Source: an uncultured SAR86 cluster bacterium (GTDB lineage: Bacteria; Pseudomonadota; Gammaproteobacteria; Magnimaribacterales; D2472). Taken from it: a stretch of DNA of 64,000 nucleotides. Each line of letters starts with the position of its first letter. Position 1 is the first letter of the stretch. A program made the position numbers and the translations under genes. The stretch covers positions 1,333 to 65,332 of the forward strand of contig CACJBC010000004.1 in assembly GCA_902591565.1 (NCBI GenBank), read 5' to 3'. The notes below the pieces were generated by a model, which searched no databases, was not told the origin of the DNA, and saw only the letters and a program-made list of their open reading frames with translations. Of this stretch, positions 39,826 to 50,489 are shown in pieces.

Positions 39826-40833
39826 TTATAAATTAAACAATATATCTAATAATAAGTCATTACCCCAATCATTATTAACTTCAATCTTACAATCAGGAGA
39901 AATAATATTGTTTTGAGCTCCAGTATGGCAATATCCTCTATCAGAATTATTAATACCAGGCCAAGTATGTCCAGCGTCATCGTTTAATAAGGAGATGATC
40001 TTAATATTTCCATTACAGCCATAGGATACTTTTTTTGTAATATTGTTATGGGTGTCAATTTTATTCAGTTCAATAAATTTACATTTAAATTTGTTCGACC
40101 ATGAGTTAAAGGTATTATCCATAGGTTCATAAAAATAACCATCATATGATTGAATGTTAATCGGAGGAGTCACTCTATCAAGTGCTCCACCATAAATAAT
40201 AAAATTTACAGGCATATCAGGAATACAACTTGCTCCTAAGGGTTGCATACCAACTACATTAATAACACCAGAAAATAAATTAGGATATTTACAAGCAAGA
40301 GCTTGTGCCATCATCCCGCCGTTACTCATTCCAATAACAAAGACTTTATCTATTAGATAATTCTCTTTTGAAATATCAATAATTTTTTTTATAAAACCAA
40401 GATCATCTCTACAACTTGTCCATGTGCATCTACTAGAATTTTTACAATTAGGATATTTTGGATAAATAACAGCATCTAATGAACAAAATTCTTTATTTGG
40501 TTTTATATTTGGAAATGCATTCCAAGATGAAATAAATGGATAATCTTTATTTGCATCATTGTAAAAATATTCGCCTTGGGGATAAATAGCTAAAAATTCA
40601 TATTTTTCAGCTGATTTATTGAACATACCTGTGGTCTCTTTTTCAAAACCTGATGCTGATCCAGAATATCCATGCAATCCAATAACCAAATTTATCGGAG
40701 CTTTTATATTGTGATTAGGTGGAAAGAATTCTAAATATGATCTCTTAACATCATCATATATGAAACTTTTCTCTACCATTGATGCTGAAACAAAATTTAC
40801 AGATAAAATAATAATTATTAAAAGCTTTAACAT
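39826..40833 (-). CDS. Exported esterase, PHB depolymerase/LpqC-like
   Basis: Signal peptide; LHGY, YPQG, DDLGF, GMSNGG and GHTWPG motifs. Confidence 0.8.
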   Translation of the reverse strand: MLKLLIIIILSVNFVSASMVEKSFIYDDVKRSYLEFFPPNHNIKAPINLVIGLHGYSGSASGFEKETTGMFNKSAEKYEFLAIYPQGEYFYNDANKDYPFISSWNAFPNIKPNKEFCSLDAVIYPKYPNCKNSSRCTWTSCRDDLGFIKKIIDISKENYLIDKVFVIGMSNGGMMAQALACKYPNLFSGVINVVGMQPLGASCIPDMPVNFIIYGGALDRVTPPINIQSYDGYFYEPMDNTFNSWSNKFKCKFIELNKIDTHNNITKKVSYGCNGNIKIISLLNDDAGHTWPGINNSDRGYCHTGAQNNIISPDCKIEVNNDWGNDLLLDILFNL

Positions 40834-41717
40834 CTTGATATAAATTCTTTAAGTTGTTTGTAGGTATTGTGTTTAGCAATGTCTGTAAAAACTTCATGTC
40901 GTGTGTTTTTAACTAAAATGATTTGTACGCTTTTAAAAATTTTATTTAAAAAAAGATAAAGTTTTTTTGCATACTCTCCGTTAGCATTCGCTTTATCCTG
41001 TTCTCCTGAAATAATTAAAATTGGTATATCTGAATTACTGGCGATATAAAAATTTTTTTTAAAAATATTTAACATACAAATACAAACATCGTGCCACAAA
41101 CTATTTGTAACAATAAAACCACATAGTGGGTCATTTGTATAATTATCTACACTCTCCATATCTCCTGATATCCAATCATTGTCAGTTCTAATGGGAGCAA
41201 AAGAGTTGTTAAATTTACGTATTGTTAATGCATCAATAAGTTTGCTTTGAGCTTTGTGTCCTTGTCTTAAGATTTCAATCTTAATTATTAATAATTGCAA
41301 ATAAATTAAAGAATGAGGAACCTTTGATGAGCCTGATAAAATAAGTCCATCAATATCAAGTTTTTTATTAAGTAATGACAGTGCTATCCAAGAGCCCATA
41401 CTATGCGCTAATAAAAAACACGGTATCATCGGATATTTTTTTTTAACATCATCTACTAAATCATATAAGTCATCTCTCACCGTAATCCAACCATTTTTTT
41501 TAGCAAAAAAACCTGGCAATTCTCCATTTTTAATATTTTTTCCATGTCCCTTGTGATCTCTTGCTATAACATGATAACCATCATCATTTAATTTTGAGAT
41601 TAGCCATTGATATCTACCAATGTGCTCAGCCATGCCATGACTTAAAACAAAAACACCTTTTGGATTAGGTATGGATGATATGTAATGATAAAGACTATTA
41701 GTCATATTTATATTCAT
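40827..41717 (-). CDS. Lysophospholipase / monoacylglycerol lipase-like hydrolase
   Basis: HGMAEHIGRY, DHKGHG, AHSMGS, DPLCGF and RHE motifs. Confidence 0.85.
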   Translation of the reverse strand: MNINMTNSLYHYISSIPNPKGVFVLSHGMAEHIGRYQWLISKLNDDGYHVIARDHKGHGKNIKNGELPGFFAKKNGWITVRDDLYDLVDDVKKKYPMIPCFLLAHSMGSWIALSLLNKKLDIDGLILSGSSKVPHSLIYLQLLIIKIEILRQGHKAQSKLIDALTIRKFNNSFAPIRTDNDWISGDMESVDNYTNDPLCGFIVTNSLWHDVCICMLNIFKKNFYIASNSDIPILIISGEQDKANANGEYAKKLYLFLNKIFKSVQIILVKNTRHEVFTDIAKHNTYKQLKEFISRC

Positions 41718-41756
41718 AACTTATAATAAACACATATCAAGAAAATTTAAATTAAT

Positions 41757-42872
41757 ATGCATAATGTATTTATTGCTGGTACAGGTATATGGCATCCTGA
41801 ATCTAAAGTTTCAAACGAAGAGCTTGTTAATTCTTACAACTCATATGTAGAAAATTTTAATACAATTAACAAAAAATCTATTGATGATGGCTCTGTTTTG
41901 GCTATGGAATATTCATCGGCAGAATTTATTGAAAAAGCTTCTAATATCAAATCAAGATATGTAATTGATAAAGAAGGCTCATTAGATATAGATAGAATGA
42001 AGCCAAGAGTGAACAATGAGCACCCTGATCGATTATCACTTCATGCAAAAGTTGGTATTGAGGCTGCAAATAAAGCGTTAAAGCAAGCTGGCATTTCATC
42101 TAATGAAATTGATGCAGTTATAGTTGGTACTTCTCATGCTCCAAGAAATTATCCAGCCGTAGCTATTGAAATCCAAAATGAGATGGGAATAAATGGCTAT
42201 GCATATGACATGCTTGTTGGATGCTCTTCTACAACTTTTGCAATTAATAATGCTTACAGTGATATAGCATCTGGTTTAGCTGACACCATACTAGTAGTTA
42301 ATCCAGAAATTAATACGCCACATGTAAATTTTACTCACAGAGATAAGCATTTTATTTTTGGCGATGGTTGTGCTGCTACTGTTGTTCAAAAAGATAGTAA
42401 ATCTGAACATGCATTCAAAATTCTTGATAGAAAACTATTCACTAAATTTTCTAATAATATTAGAAGTAATTATGGATACCTAAATAGAGCGGCAGTAGAT
42501 GCAACCTCTGAAGATAATTTATTATTTCATCAAAATGGAAGAGGTGTTTTTAAAGATGTATGTCCTTTAGTGGCTTCTTTAATTTCCGATCAGTTAGAGA
42601 AGAACAATATTGAACCTGATGACATCTCAAAGTTTTGGCTTCATCAAGCTAATGGGAAAATGATAAGGTTGATAACTGCAAAGATACTTGGAACAGATGA
42701 CTTTGATGAAAACATAGCTCCTATGCCTATTACTGAATTTGGTAATCTTGCATCAGTTGGATCACTTTTTTCTTTCAACCTAAATAATAACCTAGATTCT
42801 GGACAAAAAGGTGTGATCTGTTCATTTGGAGCTGGCTACTCAGTTTGCTCAATAATTGTTGAAAAATTATAA
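41757..42872 (+). CDS. fabH: Beta-ketoacyl-ACP synthase III (long PA3286/FabH2-like form)
   Basis: SNEELV, EFIEKAS, GCSS (catalytic Cys), FGDG, WLHQAN, GN and FGAGY motifs. Confidence 0.9.
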   Translation: MHNVFIAGTGIWHPESKVSNEELVNSYNSYVENFNTINKKSIDDGSVLAMEYSSAEFIEKASNIKSRYVIDKEGSLDIDRMKPRVNNEHPDRLSLHAKVGIEAANKALKQAGISSNEIDAVIVGTSHAPRNYPAVAIEIQNEMGINGYAYDMLVGCSSTTFAINNAYSDIASGLADTILVVNPEINTPHVNFTHRDKHFIFGDGCAATVVQKDSKSEHAFKILDRKLFTKFSNNIRSNYGYLNRAAVDATSEDNLLFHQNGRGVFKDVCPLVASLISDQLEKNNIEPDDISKFWLHQANGKMIRLITAKILGTDDFDENIAPMPITEFGNLASVGSLFSFNLNNNLDSGQKGVICSFGAGYSVCSIIVEKL

Positions 42873-42912
42873 ATTAAAGACATAAAGGACAATAAAAATA
42901 TTATAATAAGCC

Positions 42913-43056
42913 ATGGGTGAATATGACGCAGTTTGGGTATTTATAATCAGTGCAATTTTTGTTGGATTTTATATATTCATAGAAGCCAGACCCAAAGGTT
43001 CAACCTTTTTAAAATCAATATCTAATACTGTTTCAAGATTTTTTAGAAAAAGATAG
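42913..43056 (+). CDS. Putative 47-aa single-TM microprotein
   Basis: TATAAT-5nt-ATG; MGEYDAVWVFIISAIFVGFYIFIEARPKG...RFFRKR; ends 2 nt before tspO. Confidence 0.6.
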   Translation: MGEYDAVWVFIISAIFVGFYIFIEARPKGSTFLKSISNTVSRFFRKR

Positions 43057-43058
43057 CC

Positions 43059-43502
43059 TTGTTATTATCAAGCAAATATCTAATTTTTCCTTTAGTTATA
43101 GCAGCCTTAATATTAGGCGGGCTATCTTCTTCAGATGCTGCAAATGATGTATGGTATCTTGAATTAAATAAATCCTCTCTAAACCCTCCAGGATATATTT
43201 TTGGAATAGTTTGGCCAATCTTATATTTACTAATGGCAATTTCAGCCTATAGAACCTTTCCTGTATCAACCAATGTTTTTTATTTGCAGTTATTTTTCAA
43301 TGCGATTTGGTCATGGTTATTTTTTGCATTTCAGCTACCACTAATAGCTTTGCTATGTATATGGTTATTAATATTTTTAAACTTTAAAGTAAATATTGAT
43401 ATGTATAAATATGACAAGCTTGCTGGTTATTTGTATACACCATATATAATCTGGCTATTGTTTGCTTCGTATTTAAATTTATTTATTGTTTTAAATAACT
43501 AG
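43059..43502 (+). CDS. tspO: TspO/MBR family tryptophan-rich sensory protein
   Basis: WY..LNK..LNPPGYIFGIVWPILY, NAIWS.LFF and PYIIWL.FA.YLN motifs. Confidence 0.92.
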   Translation: MLLSSKYLIFPLVIAALILGGLSSSDAANDVWYLELNKSSLNPPGYIFGIVWPILYLLMAISAYRTFPVSTNVFYLQLFFNAIWSWLFFAFQLPLIALLCIWLLIFLNFKVNIDMYKYDKLAGYLYTPYIIWLLFASYLNLFIVLNN

Positions 43503-44749
43503 ATAAAACAGCCTACAACCAATCCAGTCATACATGATGCCAGAGTTGCTGCAACAAGTGCTTTAAATGACACGCTAATAAGATCATCTTTTCTTTCTGG
43601 TGCCATAGACCCAATACCAGATATTAATATTCCTACAGATGAAAGATTAGCAAATCCACATAAGCCATAAAAAATGATTAATTTAGATTTATCTGATAAT
43701 GCGCCCTCTTCAAGCGCAGCCAAAGCAGGATAAGCAATAAATTCATTTAATGTAGTTTTAATTCCTAATAGTTCTCCAGCAATTAAAGCTTCATCCCATG
43801 GAATGCCCATTAACCATGCAATAGGTGCAAATATATAAGCAAGTATTTGTTGGATAGATAAATCAACTCCAACGAATGAGCCAATAAACCCTAAAAAAGA
43901 ATTAGCAATATAAACCAAAGCAATTACAGCAATTAATATAGTTCCAACACTTACAGCTATATTTGAACCCTGAGCAGTTCCGGTAGTAATAGCATCCATA
44001 GTGCCTTTATAAACTTTGGATCTTTTATCAGTATCAGCATCTGTAATTTGATTCGAAGGTATCATAATGTTTGCATACATGATGGCCGCAAAAACAGATA
44101 AAATTGAGGCAGTCAGAAAATGTTGAATTAAATTCTCATTTATAAACTGAACCTCTAGGATTGATATTAATGCCACCATCACTGAGCCAGCAACAGTTGC
44201 CATGCCTGCAGTCATTAAGATTAGTAATTCTTTTTTAGATAACTTATTAATATAAGGCTTAATTAATAGCGGTGCTTCAACTTGGCCGATAAATACGTTA
44301 GCTGCCGCTCCAAGACCAACAGGGCCTCCTATATTAAATAATTTTTGACACCCTTTTGAAATAATATTTACTATGTATGGCAGAATACCCCAGTGCCATA
44401 AAATGGCTGAAATACAAGACATTACAATAATGTACGGTAAAACACCAAAGGCAAATGTTTCTAGTAATGATCTATAGGCAAATTCAGTATCGGTTGGCGG
44501 ATAACCAAAAACAAAATTTGCACCCTCTACTGTTGCATTTTGTAATATGGTGACACCATTACCTAAAATTTCAAAAAAATTAATAATAAATGGTAGTTTT
44601 AATAAAATCGCTGCAAGAACAAATTGTGAAACAATTCCATATAAAACATATTTATAATTTATTTGTTTATAGTTGTCTGAAAACGGAATAGCAAGAAGAA
44701 CTAAACCAATAAAACCAATTAAAATTTGTAAGTAATTTTGAATTTCCAT
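43499..44749 (-). CDS. nupC: Concentrative nucleoside transporter (NupC/CNT)
   Basis: AANVFIGQVEAP, GMATVAGSV, NEFIAY and LCGFANLSS motifs. Confidence 0.92.
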   Translation of the reverse strand: MEIQNYLQILIGFIGLVLLAIPFSDNYKQINYKYVLYGIVSQFVLAAILLKLPFIINFFEILGNGVTILQNATVEGANFVFGYPPTDTEFAYRSLLETFAFGVLPYIIVMSCISAILWHWGILPYIVNIISKGCQKLFNIGGPVGLGAAANVFIGQVEAPLLIKPYINKLSKKELLILMTAGMATVAGSVMVALISILEVQFINENLIQHFLTASILSVFAAIMYANIMIPSNQITDADTDKRSKVYKGTMDAITTGTAQGSNIAVSVGTILIAVIALVYIANSFLGFIGSFVGVDLSIQQILAYIFAPIAWLMGIPWDEALIAGELLGIKTTLNEFIAYPALAALEEGALSDKSKLIIFYGLCGFANLSSVGILISGIGSMAPERKDDLISVSFKALVAATLASCMTGLVVGCFI

Positions 44750-44754
44750 AGCTG

Positions 44755-45651
44755 TTAGTATAGCTTAATTGCTTTGAGCCTCTCGTCTAAAAAGTCATGC
44801 GCAAGCACACCATCATCTGATGAATCAAAAACAGATTTAAGCATAGTATCAGGTGACGGATGTAAGAAAAAAGGTATGCTATAGCGTGATTTTGCCTCCT
44901 CATCCTCGTACTTTACAACCCTGTGAGGAGTACTCTTTAATTTACCTTCTGTAACAAGTTGAAGCATATCACCTATGTTACAAACAATATCATTTTCATC
45001 TGCTGAAATTTTTATCCATGAGTTGTCTTTATTTTTAACTTCAAGTCCCTTTTCTTGAGCGCCAATTAAAAGTGTAATTAAATTAATATCAGCATGCTCT
45101 CTAGCCCTGTAAATATTTGTATTATCAGCTGGAGGATAGTGAATCATACGTAATAATGAATTACCTTTATCAACCCAGGGGTAGAAATAATCTTTATCAA
45201 GTCCAATAGTAACCCCGATACATGATAGAACGTTTATAGCTAAATTGTTTAGCTCGTAAAATAACTTATCAAAAGTAATATTAAATTGTTGGACTTCATC
45301 TACTTCAATATTTTTGTGAATCCTCAGATCATATGAACCATCAATCAATGGCCCATGATGCCAAAATTCTTTTAAATCAGGAGTTTTTTCTCCTAGGGCT
45401 GTCTCCTTTCCAAATGGTGTATAACCTCTAGCACCAGCTATGTGAGGATTAGCGTATTTATTTTTCTTAGAGGTATCTAAATTAAAGAATTCTTTAGATT
45501 TTTCATAACATTCATCAATTAAAGTTTGATCAATGTTATGTTCACATAATGAAAAAAAACCATGGAGTTCAAGAGCTTCTTGCAATTTACTAATAGAATT
45601 TAAATTATTTATATTTAAATTATTTAGTGAAATTCTTGGTATAGATGTCAT
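44755..45651 (-). CDS. 2OG-Fe(II) dioxygenase (IPNS/DIOX family)
   Basis: GFF, RGY, HADIN (HxD), NIGDMLQ, HRV and RYS (RxS) motifs. Confidence 0.92.
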   Translation of the reverse strand: MTSIPRISLNNLNINNLNSISKLQEALELHGFFSLCEHNIDQTLIDECYEKSKEFFNLDTSKKNKYANPHIAGARGYTPFGKETALGEKTPDLKEFWHHGPLIDGSYDLRIHKNIEVDEVQQFNITFDKLFYELNNLAINVLSCIGVTIGLDKDYFYPWVDKGNSLLRMIHYPPADNTNIYRAREHADINLITLLIGAQEKGLEVKNKDNSWIKISADENDIVCNIGDMLQLVTEGKLKSTPHRVVKYEDEEAKSRYSIPFFLHPSPDTMLKSVFDSSDDGVLAHDFLDERLKAIKLY

Positions 45652-45666
45652 GCTATAAATTTTAAC

Positions 45667-45695
45667 AAAAAAAAGGGCAGATAAACTGCCCTTTT
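45667..45695 (-). terminator. Intrinsic terminator after Oar-like receptor
   Basis: AAAAGGGCAG/CTGCCCTTTT stem with a T8 tract on the minus strand. Confidence 0.85.
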
Positions 45696-45709
45696 AAATT
45701 TAGATCATA

Positions 45710-48700
45710 TTAATATGAATATCTAAAGCCTACTTTTATATTCCATATAGAAGCTGATCCAATAACAGCATTAACTGCTGGTGAATTATAATCTGAATAT
45801 GAAACATTTCCATCTGCATCAAATGATGCTGTAACAATACCATTTGCAGATGAGCTTCTGTAATATGCTCCATTATCACCGTCAATAAGATTACCAAGAT
45901 TTTTTACAACCATATATAAATCTAAATTATCCATAGGATTATGTGTAACTTTCATATCAAGTCTTGATGATCCATCAGTTGTAAAAACATTTCTTTCATA
46001 TAAGCCTGGCTCCATATTTGCTATTGCAATTCCAGTCTCATCATATGAAGCATTTTCACCTACATATAGAGGAATTGATGGAAAATCTTCAGTTCTCCAG
46101 CCTGGCTGGATACCTAATTCTGTCCATCCACCATATGCTGATAAAGAATATGGATTACCACTAGCATATTGATAGAATAATGAAACATTAGTTCTATCTG
46201 ATGCAGCCCAATTTAAGGTAGTAATAAACTTATGTTTTATCTCCCAATCAGATGTAGCAGGAGTTGGATCATTAGGGTTAACTGTTACTAAATTCTCATT
46301 AGCATTAGTGTAAGCAACACTTGAAGCCATTGGATGCACATCATTTGCATCAGTATATGTATAACCAAAAGTTACATCCACATCATTATCAAATGACCTT
46401 GAAGCAATTGCTGATAAAAGAGATGTTTTTGGTGAGTATTTTGAGTTAGCTAAATTATAATCACCTGTACAACATCCATTTGAAGCCATAACTGCGTGTC
46501 CAGTATTAGTAAATCCACTCACAGTATTTGCAAGATTATAGACAAAGAAAGGATTTTTATTTTTTGAATACATGTAATCAATAGTTACATCATATTCGCC
46601 AACCTGTCTTTTCATACCTATCGAAAGTTTTTTATGAGTAGGCATTTCTAAGTTTGGATCAAATGAGTTAGTATCACCTGATGCTGAACCACCTTGTACT
46701 TTAGCGATAGCAGCACAAGGAATTGCATAACCAGGTCGTGGATCTTTTGCAGGAGATCCATCAGCATCACAATAAGTGATAGGTGCGGCAGGATCAAAAA
46801 GATTATAGTTACCATCACCATCTTGAATCGTAATACCATTGTTTGAGTAATTATTTGAGAACCATACTGCAGGATTACCTCCTGAGAATACTCCATAACC
46901 ACCATAGAACTCAGTATCATTAACTCTATAGCTAAATGAAATTCTAGGCATAATTACTTCAGCACCATCAAATGTTGCAGCATTTGAAAACCCATATGTA
47001 CTTACAAAACCTGGATTTTCTAATGGGCCCTCATCAACACCATATGTCTCATATCTTACTCCGTATGAAATATCTAAATTATCTGAAACAGCCACTTCAT
47101 TTTGAACAAACAAAGTTGTTACATCATATGTCCACTCTTTTGAAGCATCTTCAGGTACTAAAGTTGCTGTGTTTTGGAAATCTAAGGCAACAATACCGGC
47201 CTCTAAATTAGCTATACTTGAAAAATCCCACTCACCACCAATGGATTCTTGCATGAACATATTAAATATAGTGTTTTCTTGATGCTCATAACCAAAAGTT
47301 ACAAGACTATTATCCATTTGAAGATCACCAATCAAGGCAATATTAGTCGCATCATAGTTAAGTTTATTATTTTGTCTTGAATCATCAGTTCCACCAAAAT
47401 AAACCTTACCACCATTCACGCCAGAAATTTGAAAATCGCCAAATGACCCACCAAGACCAACTTGAGTGTTCTTTAATTCTGTAGTTCCGTATTTAAATTG
47501 TGTATTTACGTTGCCAATAGATGAGAAAACCTGAAGCATGTATGATTCAGAATCATTACCTCTTTTATAAAAATGATTTGCAAACTCAAATTCAGTTGGC
47601 GATGCATCTGATGGTTGGTTTGTAAAGCCCTCACTAGAGTTAAATGTTAATACAGCTCTAGTTTTATCACTAAAATAATAGTCAATCTTAGCCAATAGCT
47701 TTTCACTTTCAGAATCTAATGCTGATGGCAAACCACCTGGATCAAAACCATATACATCATTTGCTATTCTTACAATATCATCATAGGTTGCTTTAGTTAA
47801 CCAACTTAGTTCTGTGGGCATGCCTGAGCCAACATAACCATATTCACCTAAATCTTGGTCATCATATTGCTCGTATGCAACAAAAAAGAACATCTCACCA
47901 TTAACTAATGAATCTTTTAAAATTGGACCACCGACAGTAAATCCATATTTTTGTTCATCATATTCAGGAATAGTAACTGACTCTCCTGAAGCTTCGTCAC
48001 CAGTTAAACTATCATTTGTCATCTCATAGAAAAAATTACCAGAGAGCTCACTTGTTCCTGATTTTGTAACAGCATTAATAACACAAGCTGAGAATCCACC
48101 GTATTGAACATCGTATGGAGCAAACTCAACTGCAACTTGATCAATAGCATCATATGAAAATGGCATTCTTTCTGCTGGATAACCATTTGCATTTAATCCA
48201 AATGTATCATTGAGTGCAATTCCATCTACTGTTAAACCATTATATCTTGGATTATTACCAGCACATTGCATAGCTTTATTATTTGAATCATCGATATAGA
48301 TAGATGGATGTTGTGCTAACACCTCTTTAATATCTCTATCAAAAGCTGCAGTATTTTCTAGGTCAGCACTTGTAAATACAAAACTTGGACCAGAAGTTGT
48401 TTCAACAGTATTTAATCTAGATGCTGTAACAATCAAGTCTTCAACTGAAGCTCCGGATGCAATAGTCAAAGAAACATTTGTAGTTTTACCAATAGTTAAG
48501 AAAACATCAGAAACTGAGGATCTTCCTGACGAAACAGTATAAGGTCCCCCAGGCTTTAAGTTTGCAGCATAGAAATTTCCATTAGCATCAGCTATAACAG
48601 TTTTTGAGGTGTTTGTTGCCTCATAGGTTACTGTTACTTCAGCTCCTGATAAACCATCACCACTTCCGTCTACAACGCTACCCTTGATATCAGATGTTGT

Positions 48701-48769
48701 TGAATTTGCAAATACAGATGAAGTGAAAAGAAAAAATACAGAAACTGTAAATTTTGTAAGATTATTCAT
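45710..48769 (-). CDS. Oar-like TonB-dependent receptor with N-terminal carboxypeptidase-regulatory-like domain
   Basis: 1019 aa; signal peptide, L.PGGPYTV, APYDVQYGGF...INAVTKSGT; aromatic C-terminus. Confidence 0.9.
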   Translation of the reverse strand: MNNLTKFTVSVFFLFTSSVFANSTTSDIKGSVVDGSGDGLSGAEVTVTYEATNTSKTVIADANGNFYAANLKPGGPYTVSSGRSSVSDVFLTIGKTTNVSLTIASGASVEDLIVTASRLNTVETTSGPSFVFTSADLENTAAFDRDIKEVLAQHPSIYIDDSNNKAMQCAGNNPRYNGLTVDGIALNDTFGLNANGYPAERMPFSYDAIDQVAVEFAPYDVQYGGFSACVINAVTKSGTSELSGNFFYEMTNDSLTGDEASGESVTIPEYDEQKYGFTVGGPILKDSLVNGEMFFFVAYEQYDDQDLGEYGYVGSGMPTELSWLTKATYDDIVRIANDVYGFDPGGLPSALDSESEKLLAKIDYYFSDKTRAVLTFNSSEGFTNQPSDASPTEFEFANHFYKRGNDSESYMLQVFSSIGNVNTQFKYGTTELKNTQVGLGGSFGDFQISGVNGGKVYFGGTDDSRQNNKLNYDATNIALIGDLQMDNSLVTFGYEHQENTIFNMFMQESIGGEWDFSSIANLEAGIVALDFQNTATLVPEDASKEWTYDVTTLFVQNEVAVSDNLDISYGVRYETYGVDEGPLENPGFVSTYGFSNAATFDGAEVIMPRISFSYRVNDTEFYGGYGVFSGGNPAVWFSNNYSNNGITIQDGDGNYNLFDPAAPITYCDADGSPAKDPRPGYAIPCAAIAKVQGGSASGDTNSFDPNLEMPTHKKLSIGMKRQVGEYDVTIDYMYSKNKNPFFVYNLANTVSGFTNTGHAVMASNGCCTGDYNLANSKYSPKTSLLSAIASRSFDNDVDVTFGYTYTDANDVHPMASSVAYTNANENLVTVNPNDPTPATSDWEIKHKFITTLNWAASDRTNVSLFYQYASGNPYSLSAYGGWTELGIQPGWRTEDFPSIPLYVGENASYDETGIAIANMEPGLYERNVFTTDGSSRLDMKVTHNPMDNLDLYMVVKNLGNLIDGDNGAYYRSSSANGIVTASFDADGNVSYSDYNSPAVNAVIGSASIWNIKVGFRYSY

Positions 48770-48882
48770 AGATATACCCTCTTATATTAGAAATAATATT
48801 CTTATGAACAGATAATACAGGTCTTTGGTCTAAATGAAAACTTTTTTTGAGTTATTTTAATGAAACAATTTTGTTAACTTTT

Positions 48883-50133
48883 TTAGATATTTATATAATC
48901 TTTATCAAAATATTTTTGCAATGCCTTCGGAATTGAAATAAGTTTCTTATCAGAATCATAATTATTTTCAATTAACGCTATTAATGTTCTTCCAAGAGCT
49001 AAACCAGAGCCATTTATTGTATGAGCTAACATTTTTTTATTATTTTCATCTTTAAACTTAATATTAGATCTTCTAGCTTGGAAATCAGAGAAATTAGAAC
49101 AAGATGAGATTTCTCTATATTTGTTTTGTCCTGGCATCCAAACTTCAATGTCATATGTTTTACATGATGAAAATCCAAGATCACCACTACATAATTCAAT
49201 CACTTGATAAGGTAACTCAAGTAAGTCAAGAATTTCTTTTGCATTATTAAGCAGTCCTTCTAGGTCATCCATTGATTGATTTGGGTGACAAACTTGCATT
49301 AATTCTATTTTTTCAAACTGATGCTGTCTTATTAAACCCTTTGTGTCTCTTCCATAACTTCCTGCTTCAGATCTAAAGCATGGAGTATGGGCGGTAACCT
49401 TAATTGGTAGGTCGTTATGATTAATTGTTGTACCTCTAAAGATATTTGTTAAAGGCACTTCTGCTGTTGGTATTAGGTATAAGCCATCTGTAGTTTTAAA
49501 TAGATCTTCTTCAAATTTAGGCAGTTGACCAACACCAGTTAGAGAGTCTTTATTAGCCATGAAAGGAACATAGTATTCTTGATATCCATTTTTTATTGCT
49601 ATATCAAGCATTAATGAAATTAATGCTCGCTGAAGTTTAGCCATATCACCTTTTAAAACTGCAAACCTTGGCCCTGCTATCTTAGTTGCCATATCTGTAT
49701 CTATTTCATTAGTAATAGATAGATGATCTTCTTTCCGTTCAGAATTTACTGAACCATATTTTTTTATAACAATATTATCAGTTTCATCTACTCCTTCAGG
49801 ACATGTGGAATGAGGTATATTAGGAATATCTAAAAGAAATATATTTAATGATTCTAGAATTTTATCTAATTCATTACTTGCTTTTTTAAGATCATTATTT
49901 ATTTCATCTATGCGGACTTTTAAATTGGTAGTATCATCACCTGATGACTTAAGTTTTCCAAATTCCTCTGATAATTTTTTTCTTTGAGATTGAAAGTCTT
50001 CAACCTTAACCTGAAGTAATTTTCTATCCGAATCAAGTAGTTTAAATTTCTTGACGTCTAAAGAATATCCTCTTTTTTCAAGTTCAATTTTAATACGATC
50101 TATATCGTCTCTTAATAATTTAATATCTAACAT
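48883..50133 (-). CDS. serS: Serine--tRNA ligase
   Basis: MLDIK, LIPTAEVP, FRSEAGSYGRDT, REISSCSN and HTINGSGLA motifs. Confidence 0.97.
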   Translation of the reverse strand: MLDIKLLRDDIDRIKIELEKRGYSLDVKKFKLLDSDRKLLQVKVEDFQSQRKKLSEEFGKLKSSGDDTTNLKVRIDEINNDLKKASNELDKILESLNIFLLDIPNIPHSTCPEGVDETDNIVIKKYGSVNSERKEDHLSITNEIDTDMATKIAGPRFAVLKGDMAKLQRALISLMLDIAIKNGYQEYYVPFMANKDSLTGVGQLPKFEEDLFKTTDGLYLIPTAEVPLTNIFRGTTINHNDLPIKVTAHTPCFRSEAGSYGRDTKGLIRQHQFEKIELMQVCHPNQSMDDLEGLLNNAKEILDLLELPYQVIELCSGDLGFSSCKTYDIEVWMPGQNKYREISSCSNFSDFQARRSNIKFKDENNKKMLAHTINGSGLALGRTLIALIENNYDSDKKLISIPKALQKYFDKDYINI

Positions 50134-50135
50134 GT

Positions 50136-50489
50136 CTACCTTGAAAAATTTAACCCTATGTATGTTGCAAAAATACTTAACAGTAAAGTAATAATTATAT
50201 AGGAACTTCCATGTAAAGGATTATTATTAAAAAGTTCGATGCTTTGATAGGTAAAAGCTGACATAGTTGTAAAAGATCCTAAGAAACCAACAACAAAAAA
50301 ATAATAATTATTATCTTTTATGGTAATTAATGAGCCCATTAACAATCCAATTAAAAAACAACCAACAATGTTTACAGAAAGAATACCTAATGGAATTTGA
50401 AATGGTAAATATTTTGATATTAACTCATTAACAATATATCTAAGAACTGCGCCAAGAGCTCCACCAAAACCTATCAATATGATATTCAC
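50136..50489 (-). CDS. crcB: Fluoride channel CrcB/Fluc
   Basis: GGALGAVLRY, VNIVGCF and GFLGSFTT.S.F motifs. Confidence 0.92.
   Translation of the reverse strand: MNIILIGFGGALGAVLRYIVNELISKYLPFQIPLGILSVNIVGCFLIGLLMGSLITIKDNNYYFFVVGFLGSFTTMSAFTYQSIELFNNNPLHGSSYIIITLLLSIFATYIGLNFSR

Noticed and set aside
25382-45695. Similar hairpins at 25382 and 45667 as a REP-like repeat family
   Set aside because: Only two copies, each directly after a TonB receptor gene with a U-tract; adequately explained as terminators.
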